Shown here piece by piece: positions 10,529 to 18,945 of a DNA stretch of 64,000 nt (position 1 is its first letter; each line of letters begins with the position of its first letter). The stretch lies in assembly GCA_947467435.1 (NCBI GenBank), contig CANIIA010000004.1:1384-65383 (forward strand). Direction: 5' to 3'. A model generated the notes under the pieces. It had not been told where the DNA came from and did no database searches. It saw nothing but the letters and a program-made list of their open reading frames with translations. Position numbers and translations under genes: made by a program. The stretch comes from Betaproteobacteria bacterium. GTDB lineage: Bacteria; Pseudomonadota; Gammaproteobacteria; Burkholderiales; SG8-39.

Positions 10529-11806
10529 ATGAAAACGCTGATCCAAGGCGCCCGACTCATCGACCCAGCCAGCGGACGTGACCGCGTAGGCGATCTACTG
10601 ATCGATGGTGTGCGTATCGCCGCCGTCGATGATGCGGCGCGTGGGGTTAAGGCTGACCACATCATTGATGCGCGTGGTTTGATCGCTGCGCCCGGACTGA
10701 TCGATATTTCAGCGCGATTACGTGAACCCGGCTTTGAGTACAAAGCCACATTGGCCTCAGAAATGGATGCTGCCGTTGCGGGTGGAATCACCAGTCTTGC
10801 TTGCCCACCGGATACCGATCCAGTGTTAGATGAGCCCGGCTTAGTGGACATGTTGCGTCGTCGTGCGAAAGCCTTAGAGCGGGCACGCGTGTATCCGATT
10901 GGCGCACTCACCGTTAAGTTGGCCGGTGAGCGATTAACTGAAATGGCCGAGCTCGCCGAAACCGGCTGCGTTGCGTTTTCACACGCCAACGTACCGCTCG
11001 CCGATTTGCAGATCATGTGGCGCGCCATGCAATACGCAGCAACCTTTGGATTGCCACTGTGGTTACGTGCCGAAGACCGTGATTTAGCGCGCGGCGGTGT
11101 TGCGCACGATGGTGAGGTCGCTACGCGATTAGGGTTGCCTGGGATTCCTGCGTTTGCTGAAACCATTGCCTTATCAGGATTAATTGAGCTGGCGCGCGCA
11201 ACAGGCGTACGTTTGCATGTCTGTCGTTTATCCACCGCAGGTGGTGTTGAACTGATTCGCCGCGCGAAAGCTGAGCAACTTCCGATCAGTTGCGATGTAG
11301 CGATTCATCATGTGCATTTATCTGAAATGGATCTGGGATTTTTTGACGCGCACTGTCGATTTGGTCCGCCGCTGCGTGCTGCACGAGATCGCGATGCGTT
11401 ACGTGCTGGTTTGGCCGATGGCACGGTCGATTTAATTTGCTCGGATCACACACCTGTTGATGAAGATGAAAAACTTATGCCGTTTTCTGAAGCCTCGGCG
11501 GGTGCCACGGGTTTAGAGCTGTTGCTACCACTGACGTTAAAGTGGGCGCAAGAGACCAACACGCCCTTAGTGAAGGCGTTGGCCAAACTCACCAGTGAAC
11601 CGGCGCGTGTGCTCGGTGTGAAATCGGGTCGACTCGATGTGGGAACCCCGGCCGATCTGGTGCTGTTTGATGCTGATGCACGTCGAACCATCCACGCCGC
11701 AACACTCAAGAGCCAAGGTAAAAACACGCCATTCATGGGCTACGAACTCGGTGGCGTGGTGCGTCGGACGATGGTTGCAGGACGTACGGTGTACGAATCG
11801 GCATGA
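10529..11806 (+). CDS. Dihydroorotase-like protein, probably non-catalytic (PyrC'/PyrX type)
   Basis: ATG 10529 lies 1 nt after the pyrB stop. The protein has an amidohydrolase/DHOase fold (CSDHTPV, GATGLELLLP). The N-terminal metal-binding D-x-H-x-H position reads GLIDISARLREPG (codons 10703-10717), so both His residues are absent. Confidence 0.8.
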   Translation: MKTLIQGARLIDPASGRDRVGDLLIDGVRIAAVDDAARGVKADHIIDARGLIAAPGLIDISARLREPGFEYKATLASEMDAAVAGGITSLACPPDTDPVLDEPGLVDMLRRRAKALERARVYPIGALTVKLAGERLTEMAELAETGCVAFSHANVPLADLQIMWRAMQYAATFGLPLWLRAEDRDLARGGVAHDGEVATRLGLPGIPAFAETIALSGLIELARATGVRLHVCRLSTAGGVELIRRAKAEQLPISCDVAIHHVHLSEMDLGFFDAHCRFGPPLRAARDRDALRAGLADGTVDLICSDHTPVDEDEKLMPFSEASAGATGLELLLPLTLKWAQETNTPLVKALAKLTSEPARVLGVKSGRLDVGTPADLVLFDADARRTIHAATLKSQGKNTPFMGYELGGVVRRTMVAGRTVYESA

Positions 11807-12720
11807 CCCCGGGCGGCCTACGCCGCGCGATGGGGGCCGGCTTAGTGGTTTGTTTGTGCTTGAGCGCGTGCGGTAGCCTCACGCCGCGATTGGGTCGTGA
11901 AACCGATCGTGCTGGCAACGAGAGCGCGTCGCGGCGGGGCGCTTACTACAAAGATGATGGGCCAGGCGACAACCCGCCAGCAAACCTAGATCAAATCCCC
12001 GATGCACAACCGCGCGATGAACCCTTGCATCGGTTCGCGAATCGTCCGTATCAAGTATTTGGACGCGATTACGTCCCGCTGCAATCACAACAAGAATTTG
12101 TGCAACGTGGTGTGGGGAGTTGGTATGGTCGACGCTATCACGGGCAAAACACCTCCAGTGGTGAGCGTTATGACATGTACGCCATGACCGCTGCGCACCC
12201 GACGCTACCGATTCCAAGTTATGTACGCGTGACACATGTGGGTAACGGTCGCAGTGTGGTGGTCAGGATTAACGATCGCGGTCCGTTTCATGGCGATCGA
12301 ATTATTGATTTATCGTTTGTCGCAGCGAATCGACTTGGCTATGCACAAGAAGGTAGTGCGTTATTGCAGATCCAAGCCGTGCGCCCAGGGGATCTGACCA
12401 CTTCACCATCGAGTCAAAGCGCTCGACCAGCAACCACACAAATCACCAGCCCAGCGGCCATGCAGACTTGGCCCGAACAACGCGATGCACGTGGCGTGTA
12501 TTTGCAGTTAGGCGCCTTTGCGGCCAAAGATAATGCGGAGGCATTTCGTGTGCGCATCAATCAACAAGCCCCTTGGTTAAGCGAGCAATTGCAGATTGTC
12601 CCGCAAGCGGCCTTATTTCGATTGCAAGCTGGCCCCTACGCCACCAGTGAAGCCGCGCGCGCGATCGCCGAGCAGCTACGCAATGAATTGAATCTGAACA
12701 GTGTGTTGGTGAAGCGCTAA
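11803..12720 (+). CDS. rlpA: Septal ring lytic transglycosylase RlpA (lipoprotein with SPOR domain)
   Basis: ATGA overlap with the preceding gene and a lipobox LCLSAC. DPBB domain GSWYGRRYHGQNTSSGERYDMYAMTAAHPTLPIPSYVRVT...VVVRINDRGPF. C-terminal SPOR-like VYLQLGAFAAKDNAEAF. Confidence 0.85.
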   Translation: MTPGGLRRAMGAGLVVCLCLSACGSLTPRLGRETDRAGNESASRRGAYYKDDGPGDNPPANLDQIPDAQPRDEPLHRFANRPYQVFGRDYVPLQSQQEFVQRGVGSWYGRRYHGQNTSSGERYDMYAMTAAHPTLPIPSYVRVTHVGNGRSVVVRINDRGPFHGDRIIDLSFVAANRLGYAQEGSALLQIQAVRPGDLTTSPSSQSARPATTQITSPAAMQTWPEQRDARGVYLQLGAFAAKDNAEAFRVRINQQAPWLSEQLQIVPQAALFRLQAGPYATSEAARAIAEQLRNELNLNSVLVKR

Positions 12721-12839
12721 CACATCTCGACTGATCGCTATCCGTCAGCGAGCCAGTCCAGTAAAATATCGTCTCAATAAAATCCCGCAACGCTTTTGGT
12801 TGCCTTCGACCGCTAGGCGCGGACCAGAACGGAATATTC

Positions 12840-13985
12840 ATGCATCGTTTCTCTGCTTGCACAGCCCGATATATTCAATGTTTGATGTTGTGTTTACTTG
12901 GGTTTGCAACACCTGCATTCAGCCAAGCCTTAACCTCGGTGAATGCACGTGCGTATGTATTGGCCGATATCACCAGTGGTCAGTTGATTGCCAGTGATCA
13001 AGCCGATGAGCGTGTGGAGCCCGCCTCGCTCACTAAACTGATGACGGCGTACTTAGTATTTCAAGCGTTGCGTGATGGCAAGATCAAGCTGGATCAAACC
13101 GTACCTGTATCAGAAAAAGCTTGGAAGGTGGGCGGCTCAAAAATGTTTATCGAGCCGCGTAAACCCGTGGTGGTCGATGCTTTAATTCGCGGCATGATCG
13201 TGCAGTCGGGAAACGATGCTTGCATCGCGCTCGCCGAATTGATCGCCGGCAGTGAGGACGCATTTGCGCAGCTCATGAATCGCGAGGCCAAACGTCTGGG
13301 TATGGTGAATAGCCAATTCATGAATGCGTCAGGTCTACCTGATGCACAACACTACAGCTCCGCGCGCGACTTATATTTACTCGCTAGCGCCCTACTACGC
13401 GATTTTCCGCAGCAGTACGCCACGTATTACGCGCTGAAAGAATATCGCTACAACAACATCACCCAACCGAACCGTAACCGCTTGCTTTGGATGGATCCAG
13501 GTGTCGATGGATTAAAAACGGGCTACACCGATGCGGCTGGTTATTGTTTGATTGCATCCAAACAAGTCAATGGCCGTCGATTGTTGTCGGTATTACTTGG
13601 GTCGAGCTCAGAATTAACCCGCGCGCAAGAATCACTCAAGTTAATCAATTGGGGTTACCAATACTTTGATGCGCTCAAGTTGTACGACAAAGGCGCTATT
13701 GTAAAAGAGCTGCCTGTTTGGAAAGGCAGTGAGTCCAGCGTAAAAGCAGGATTTCAGAACGATTTATATATCACCGTTGCAAAGGGCTTGGCCGATAAAC
13801 TGAAAGCCGAGTTAGTGGCAACGCAACTTGTGGCACCAATTGCGCAAGGTCAGCGCGTTGGGGTGTTACGCGTGACCCTCGATGGCAAACCCTACGGCGA
13901 ATATCCGGTCGTCGCGATTCAAGCCGTCCCCGAGGCGGGGTTGTTTGGCCGTGCTTGGGACACCGTGCGTTTGTGGTTTAAGTAA
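12840..13985 (+). CDS. dacC: D-alanyl-D-alanine carboxypeptidase (PBP5/6 class)
   Basis: Signal peptide plus SxxK (PASLTKLMT), SxN (QSGNDA) and KTG (LKTGYT) motifs, with a C-terminal PBP5 domain. Confidence 0.85.
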   Translation: MHRFSACTARYIQCLMLCLLGFATPAFSQALTSVNARAYVLADITSGQLIASDQADERVEPASLTKLMTAYLVFQALRDGKIKLDQTVPVSEKAWKVGGSKMFIEPRKPVVVDALIRGMIVQSGNDACIALAELIAGSEDAFAQLMNREAKRLGMVNSQFMNASGLPDAQHYSSARDLYLLASALLRDFPQQYATYYALKEYRYNNITQPNRNRLLWMDPGVDGLKTGYTDAAGYCLIASKQVNGRRLLSVLLGSSSELTRAQESLKLINWGYQYFDALKLYDKGAIVKELPVWKGSESSVKAGFQNDLYITVAKGLADKLKAELVATQLVAPIAQGQRVGVLRVTLDGKPYGEYPVVAIQAVPEAGLFGRAWDTVRLWFK

Positions 13986-14025
13986 GCTTCATCTCAGCGG
14001 TCACACAACAATATAAGGATCGGGC

Positions 14026-14889
14026 ATGACGGTATTTCTAAACGGCGAATTCATGCCCATCGAAGAGGCCAAGATCCCGGTATTAGATCGTGGATTTATT
14101 TTTGGCGATGGCATCTACGAACTGGTTCCGGTGTATTCACGCGCACCGTTTCGTATGGAAGGCCATTTAGCGCGCATGGAGCGCAGTTTGCACGAGGTGG
14201 GAATTACTAATCCCTATCGCCGTGAAGAATGGGCGCGTCTCATTCATACCTTAATTGGCATGCATGATGTCGACGATCAAGCGGTGTATTGGCAAGTGAC
14301 CCGCGGTGTCGCGAAGCGTGATCATGCCTTTCCAAAAGATATACGCCCCACCGTATTTATGATGTCAAACCCGCTGGTCAATCCAGCACCTGCGCTGGTT
14401 GAGCTCGGTGCAAAAGCGGTCACAGCCCAGGATGTTCGTTGGCATCGCTGCGATATCAAATCAATTTCGTTGTTAGGCAACTGCATGGCGCGCCAGCTGT
14501 CTGCTGAAGTGGGCGCCGTTGAAACGATCTTGTTTCGTGGCGATCTTCTCACCGAAGCGTCAGCCTCAAATGTACTGATGGTGAAGAATGGCGTCATCAT
14601 CACGCCACCAAAAAACAATCTCATCTTGCCGGGGATTACCCTCGATGTGGTATTTGACGTGGTCGCGCGCGGTCAACTGCCCTTAGAGGTGCGCGAAGTC
14701 ACCGCCGCAGAAGTGCGCAGCGCTGACGAACTGTGGGTGTCTTCTTCATCCAAAGAAATTTTGGCGATCACGAACTTAGATGGTCAACCGATCGGTGACG
14801 GTCGACCGGGCCCGGTGTTTCGGCGCGCATGGCAAATCTATCAGGACTTTAAAAACGACGTCATGCGCCAACACGCAGCCCATGCCTAA
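14026..14889 (+). CDS. dat: Class IV aminotransferase, D-amino-acid aminotransferase-like
   Basis: 287 aa with VLDRGFIFGDGIYELVPVY and KSISLLGN patterns of fold-type IV PLP enzymes. It sits in a dacC-dat-ybeD-lipB context. Substrate specificity is not provable from sequence. Confidence 0.7.
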   Translation: MTVFLNGEFMPIEEAKIPVLDRGFIFGDGIYELVPVYSRAPFRMEGHLARMERSLHEVGITNPYRREEWARLIHTLIGMHDVDDQAVYWQVTRGVAKRDHAFPKDIRPTVFMMSNPLVNPAPALVELGAKAVTAQDVRWHRCDIKSISLLGNCMARQLSAEVGAVETILFRGDLLTEASASNVLMVKNGVIITPPKNNLILPGITLDVVFDVVARGQLPLEVREVTAAEVRSADELWVSSSSKEILAITNLDGQPIGDGRPGPVFRRAWQIYQDFKNDVMRQHAAHA

Positions 14890-14895
14890 GGCGTC

Positions 14896-15168
14896 ATGAG
14901 CACCGCGACACCCACAACACTACTCACGTTTCCGTGTGTCTACCCAATCAAAATCATGGGTCGACGTACCGATACATTCGCGCAAGAAATTCTGACCATC
15001 GTCGTTCACCACGCGCCAGATTTTGTGCCAGCCAGTATGGAAATGCGGCCCAGTAAACAAGGGAAGTATCTCGGTTTAACCGTCACCATCAACGCAAACT
15101 CGCGCGAGCAACTTGATGCCTTGTATCAAGCGCTGTGTGCGCACCCGTCAGTTGCAATGGTGTTATGA
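14896..15168 (+). CDS. ybeD: YbeD family protein (DUF493/UPF0250)
   Basis: 90 aa with an FPCVYPIKIMG signature. Conserved position immediately upstream of lipB. Confidence 0.8.
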   Translation: MSTATPTTLLTFPCVYPIKIMGRRTDTFAQEILTIVVHHAPDFVPASMEMRPSKQGKYLGLTVTINANSREQLDALYQALCAHPSVAMVL

Positions 15169-15848
15169 ACGCGCACGTATCGATGGCGGCGAATCAAACC
15201 ACCATGCCACTGCCCCCGATAACGCCACAGTGGCTCGGTCAGGTTGCCTACGAACCCACGCTTGAGGCGATGCGCCACTTCACGCAAACGCGTGAGGTAC
15301 ACACGCCGGATGCTGTGTGGGTCCTCGAGCATCCTGCGGTGTATACGCGTGGCCTCGCTGCTGACTTAGCGCATGGACCGCACCCGGAGGCCAACGCACA
15401 ACATACGAGGATTCCGGTGATTCAGGTCGAGCGCGGTGGACAAATCACCTATCATGGGCCTGGGCAAGTGGTGGTGTATCCCTTAATCGATTTAACGCGT
15501 CGCGCCATCAAAGTGCGTGCGTTTGTTCACTTGCTTGAACAAGCGGTGATCGATTTACTCGATCAATATTCTGTCTCTGCTCAACGTCGATTGGGAGCGC
15601 CCGGTGTGTATGTGAATGCAGCCAAAATTGCTGCGCTCGGTCTTCGCGTACGACGTGGTTGCACTCTGCATGGCGTATCCTTGAATGTCGACATGGATCT
15701 GAGCCCGTTTTCTTCGATACATCCGTGTGGTGTGGTGGGACTAGCGGTGACGCAAACGCGCGCGCTCGGTATTCAAGCCAATGCACAAACTTTGGGTATG
15801 GCGCTGGCGCATCATATTATTGAGGCACTGGAGCAGTCGCATGCGTGA
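15165..15848 (+). CDS. lipB: Lipoyl(octanoyl) transferase
   Basis: Start trimmed to ATG 15165 (ATGA overlap with the ybeD stop). Motifs [21 protein letters not shown] and [17 protein letters not shown]. Confidence 0.9.
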   Translation: MNAHVSMAANQTTMPLPPITPQWLGQVAYEPTLEAMRHFTQTREVHTPDAVWVLEHPAVYTRGLAADLAHGPHPEANAQHTRIPVIQVERGGQITYHGPGQVVVYPLIDLTRRAIKVRAFVHLLEQAVIDLLDQYSVSAQRRLGAPGVYVNAAKIAALGLRVRRGCTLHGVSLNVDMDLSPFSSIHPCGVVGLAVTQTRALGIQANAQTLGMALAHHIIEALEQSHA

Positions 15849-16800
15849 GCCGGGCACAAAATTAAAAGGCCAAGGTAAAACGGTCAAGACCATCGAAAAA
15901 TTTTCGATCAAGGTCGTACCTGGACAAGCCTTGGCAAAACCATCGTGGATCCGGGTTAAAGCACCCCAGCCAAATTCACGCTTTGGCGAAATCAAGCAAA
16001 TACTGCGTGAACAAAAACTCCACACCGTTTGCGAAGAAGCTTCGTGTCCCAACATCGGCGAATGTTTTGGTCAAGGCACGGCAACGTTTATGGTGCTTGG
16101 TGATATTTGTACGCGACGTTGCCCTTTTTGCGATGTCGGGCATGGTCGACCCTTAGCGCCAGACCCACTTGAACCGCAACACCTAGGCGACACCGTCGCA
16201 CGACTCAAACTAAATTACGTGGTCATTACGAGCGTCGACCGCGATGATTTAAAAGACGGTGGCGCAGCGCACTTCACCGAGTGCATTCGTGCGGTACGCG
16301 AGACATCACCTAACACCACGATCGAAGTCTTGGTACCGGATTTTCGTGGCCGCTTAAGCGAGGCCTTGGCCTTACTTGCCGCGGCGCCGCCCGATGTCAT
16401 GAATCACAATTTAGAAACCGTGCCACGTTTATATACACGCGCGCGACCCGGCGGTGACTACGCGCATTCACTCAAGCTATTGCAGCAGTTCAAACAGCAA
16501 TTTCCTCAGGTGCCAACCAAATCTGGATTGATGGTCGGCTTAGGTGAAACAGACGAAGAAATTATTGCCGTGATGCAAGACCTACGCGCGCATCGCGTCG
16601 ATATGCTGACCATTGGCCAATACCTTGCACCCAGCGCGCATCATTTACCCGTCGAACGTTATGTGCACCCGGATGTGTTCAATACGTTTGCCGATCAAGC
16701 CAAACGCTTAGGATTTACGCACGCGGCGGTTGGTGCGATGGTGCGCTCGTCGTATCACGCCGATCAGCAGGCACATGCAGCCGGTGTGGCAACCGAGTGA
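15841..16800 (+). CDS. lipA: Lipoyl synthase (radical SAM)
   Basis: Start trimmed to ATG 15841 (overlaps the lipB stop). N-terminal cluster [12 protein letters not shown] and radical-SAM motif CTRRCPFC. Confidence 0.95.
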   Translation: MREPGTKLKGQGKTVKTIEKFSIKVVPGQALAKPSWIRVKAPQPNSRFGEIKQILREQKLHTVCEEASCPNIGECFGQGTATFMVLGDICTRRCPFCDVGHGRPLAPDPLEPQHLGDTVARLKLNYVVITSVDRDDLKDGGAAHFTECIRAVRETSPNTTIEVLVPDFRGRLSEALALLAAAPPDVMNHNLETVPRLYTRARPGGDYAHSLKLLQQFKQQFPQVPTKSGLMVGLGETDEEIIAVMQDLRAHRVDMLTIGQYLAPSAHHLPVERYVHPDVFNTFADQAKRLGFTHAAVGAMVRSSYHADQQAHAAGVATE

Positions 16801-16846
16801 GCAACAAAATAAAAGATGCTGTGATGCCGCGCAGACTCACTAATTA

Positions 16847-16901
16847 ACGCTTACATCGTAACGCTTATATCGTAACGCTTATATCGTAACGTTTACATCG
16901 A
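16847..16901. repeat. Tandem repeat, about 4 copies of a 14-bp unit (ACGCTTAYATCGTA)
   Basis: Read directly: acgcttacatcgta / acgcttatatcgta / acgcttatatcgta / acgtttacatcga. It lies in the AT-richer lipA-to-dehydrogenase intergenic gap, 40 bp upstream of ATG 16941. Confidence 0.9.
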
Positions 16902-16940
16902 TCCAAATTTCATTTTAACGCCCGCGCAACACGGATACGC

Positions 16941-18050
16941 ATGAAACCAATTGACCCCGCCCGCTTTCAAACCCTACAAGAAATTGTTGCCACGGCGCGT
17001 GCGCGCTTAGCTCCAGGCCCGTGGGCCTACTTGGCTGGCGCAACCGAAACTGAAACTACGCAACTGCGTAATCGTCAGGCGCTCGATAGTCTGGCGTTTC
17101 GTCCACGCGTTTTAAACGATGTGAGTCAAGTGAGTGCACGCGCAAATTTTATGGGTCGCGAGATGCGCTTACCAGTCATGTTGGCACCAGTGGGTGGATT
17201 GGAATCTTTTGCAGAAGGTGGTGCAGCTTCGGCAGCAAAAGGTGCTGCCGAATTTGGTGTGCCGTATATGCTTTCTTCGGTGTGTCAGCCCGGTTTAGAA
17301 CAAACCGCTGCAGCTGCACCAGAGGCATTACGCGTCTTTCAGTTGTATGTGCGAGGCGATGCCGCGTGGGTCGATGACTATGTGCACCGCGCACGTGATC
17401 AAGGTTTTAGTGCGTTTTGCTTAACGGTAGACAGCGCGTTGTATAGCCGACGTGAACGCGATTTGCTTGGCCGCTTTACCAAACCATGGCGTCCCACCGA
17501 TAACGCTGGCTTACTCAAACAAGCCGCGTTAAATTGGGACGACGTTAAACGCTATAAAGACACACACAGCTTACCGCTCATTCTCAAAGGGATCGCCACC
17601 GCCGAAGATGCAGACAAAGCGGTACAACAAGGCGCGGCAGTGATTTACGTCTCGAATCATGGTGGTCGACAGTTAGATCACGGTTTGGGCAGCATTGCGG
17701 TGCTGCCCGAAGTGGTTGCTGCGGTTGCAGGTCGAGCACAAGTCTGGGTTGACGGTGGCTTCATGCGTGGCACAGATGTGGTGAAAGCGATTGCCTTAGG
17801 CGCGCAGACGGTTGGTTTAGGACGTTTAGCGTGTTTAGGTTTGGCCGCTGCCGGTCCTGCGGGTTTGGTGAGAACCTTGCAATTATTAGAAGAGGAAATT
17901 GCCGTGACCTTGGCGCTACTTGGTGTGCGTTCGTTTGCAGAGCTGACGCCTCGGCATGTCACCACCGCCATGCCAGTGCGCGCCCCGAGTGCCTTCAGTG
18001 CGTTTCCTTTGTTAGAGGAATATCCGCTACCCGCTGATTTACGCGATTAA
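16941..18050 (+). CDS. FMN-dependent alpha-hydroxy-acid dehydrogenase/oxidase family protein (LldD/glycolate oxidase-like)
   Basis: 369 aa with SNHGGRQLD, LILKGI and DGGFMRGTDVVKAIALGA motifs of the FMN TIM-barrel family. The substrate is not determinable. Confidence 0.8.
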   Translation: MKPIDPARFQTLQEIVATARARLAPGPWAYLAGATETETTQLRNRQALDSLAFRPRVLNDVSQVSARANFMGREMRLPVMLAPVGGLESFAEGGAASAAKGAAEFGVPYMLSSVCQPGLEQTAAAAPEALRVFQLYVRGDAAWVDDYVHRARDQGFSAFCLTVDSALYSRRERDLLGRFTKPWRPTDNAGLLKQAALNWDDVKRYKDTHSLPLILKGIATAEDADKAVQQGAAVIYVSNHGGRQLDHGLGSIAVLPEVVAAVAGRAQVWVDGGFMRGTDVVKAIALGAQTVGLGRLACLGLAAAGPAGLVRTLQLLEEEIAVTLALLGVRSFAELTPRHVTTAMPVRAPSAFSAFPLLEEYPLPADLRD

Positions 18051-18104
18051 AAAATCAGCAACGTTTGTGTGATGCGTATTGTTCGCTGGCGTCACTTGGT
18101 TGAA

Positions 18105-18608
18105 TCAACTGGGCTCGTTGAGCGCTTGATCAACCAGGGCGTGAAATTCTTCAACCTTGGGTTCGCCGAGATACGTTTTTAAGATCCGTCCGCGTTTATC
18201 GATCAGCATGCTGGTTGGCGTTACGCGAACCTGACCAAACGCGCGTGCAATCGCTCCGTCGGTATCGAGCACCACCTTAAAAGGTAATGCGCGTTGTTGT
18301 ACAAAGGTGGCGACGTGATTGGGATGGTCGTATTGCATGGCCACCGCAATGGTGTCGTAACCACGAGAGGCGAATTTATTTTGTGTGGCACTGAGCATCG
18401 GCATTTCTGCTACACAGGTGGTGCAAGACGTGGCCCAAAAATTGACTAACACCACCTTGCCACGCAAATCTGCCGTCCCAAATTGCTCACCACCCAGCGT
18501 AGCAAAGCGCGTGTCTGGCGCTTGCGCCGGTTGCGATAACAGGAACGCTGCCGCTGCCGCGAGGGCAAGACACAGACCACCAAAAGCAAAGCGCAGTGAT
18601 TTTTTCAT
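18105..18608 (-). CDS. TlpA/ResA-type periplasmic thiol:disulfide oxidoreductase (thioredoxin fold)
   Basis: Signal peptide MKKSLRFAFGGLCLALAAAAAFLLSQPAQA and a CxxC site in VVLVNFWATSCTTCVAEMP. Confidence 0.8.
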   Translation of the reverse strand: MKKSLRFAFGGLCLALAAAAAFLLSQPAQAPDTRFATLGGEQFGTADLRGKVVLVNFWATSCTTCVAEMPMLSATQNKFASRGYDTIAVAMQYDHPNHVATFVQQRALPFKVVLDTDGAIARAFGQVRVTPTSMLIDKRGRILKTYLGEPKVEEFHALVDQALNEPS

Positions 18609-18690
18609 GACGCTATTTTCCTCCTGAATCGCGGGTGTGTCATTCGTTGGGTGCCGCGAGCCGGTATGATGTACGCCTTGGGAGGATCAG

Positions 18691-18894
18691 ATGGCCAAAC
18701 CGAATTATCAGTTCGAGAAGCGCCAGCGCGATCTGGCAAAGAAAAAGAAGAAAGAAGAAAAGCTGCTGAAAAAACAGCAAGCTAAAGGGGTTGAAGGGGT
18801 GGAAGAGATCGCGGGGGCTGCGGGGGGCGCGCAGGACGCGCCGGCAGATGATGCACCCACCGCGGCTACGGCGCCTAACGAAACCAAGTTGTAG
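18691..18894 (+). CDS. Small Lys/Glu-rich hypothetical protein (67 aa)
   Basis: ATG preceded by GGAGG (5 nt spacer) and a TATGAT -10-like hexamer. The N-terminus MAKPNYQFEKRQRDLAKKKKKEEKLLKKQQAK is highly basic and the tail is an acidic Ala/Pro-rich low-complexity stretch. No family recognised. Coding status is supported mainly by the start context. Confidence 0.5.
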   Translation: MAKPNYQFEKRQRDLAKKKKKEEKLLKKQQAKGVEGVEEIAGAAGGAQDAPADDAPTAATAPNETKL

Positions 18895-18945
18895 TGTGGT
18901 TGTGACCCTTCGCCGAACGACGCTGCGCGGCGTGTATTTCGGCGG

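Noticed and set aside
10309-11235. 308-aa ORF antisense to pyrB/pyrC'
   Set aside because: Its composition is dominated by Arg/Ser/Ala/Pro with no motifs. It lies entirely opposite two genes whose sense translations carry unambiguous family signatures. This is the typical shadow ORF of GC-rich third-position codon usage.
16847-16901. Tandem repeat considered as a CRISPR array or mobile-element end
   Set aside because: The units are 14 bp and directly abutting with no spacers. There are no cas genes, no inverted terminal repeats and no transposase nearby. It is kept only as a simple tandem repeat.
18911-18944. Hairpin cgccgaa...ttcggcg between the small ORF and the 3' end of polA as a bidirectional terminator
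   Set aside because: The stem is only 7 bp with a 20-nt loop and has no T/A tracts on either side, so it is not strong enough to call an intrinsic terminator.
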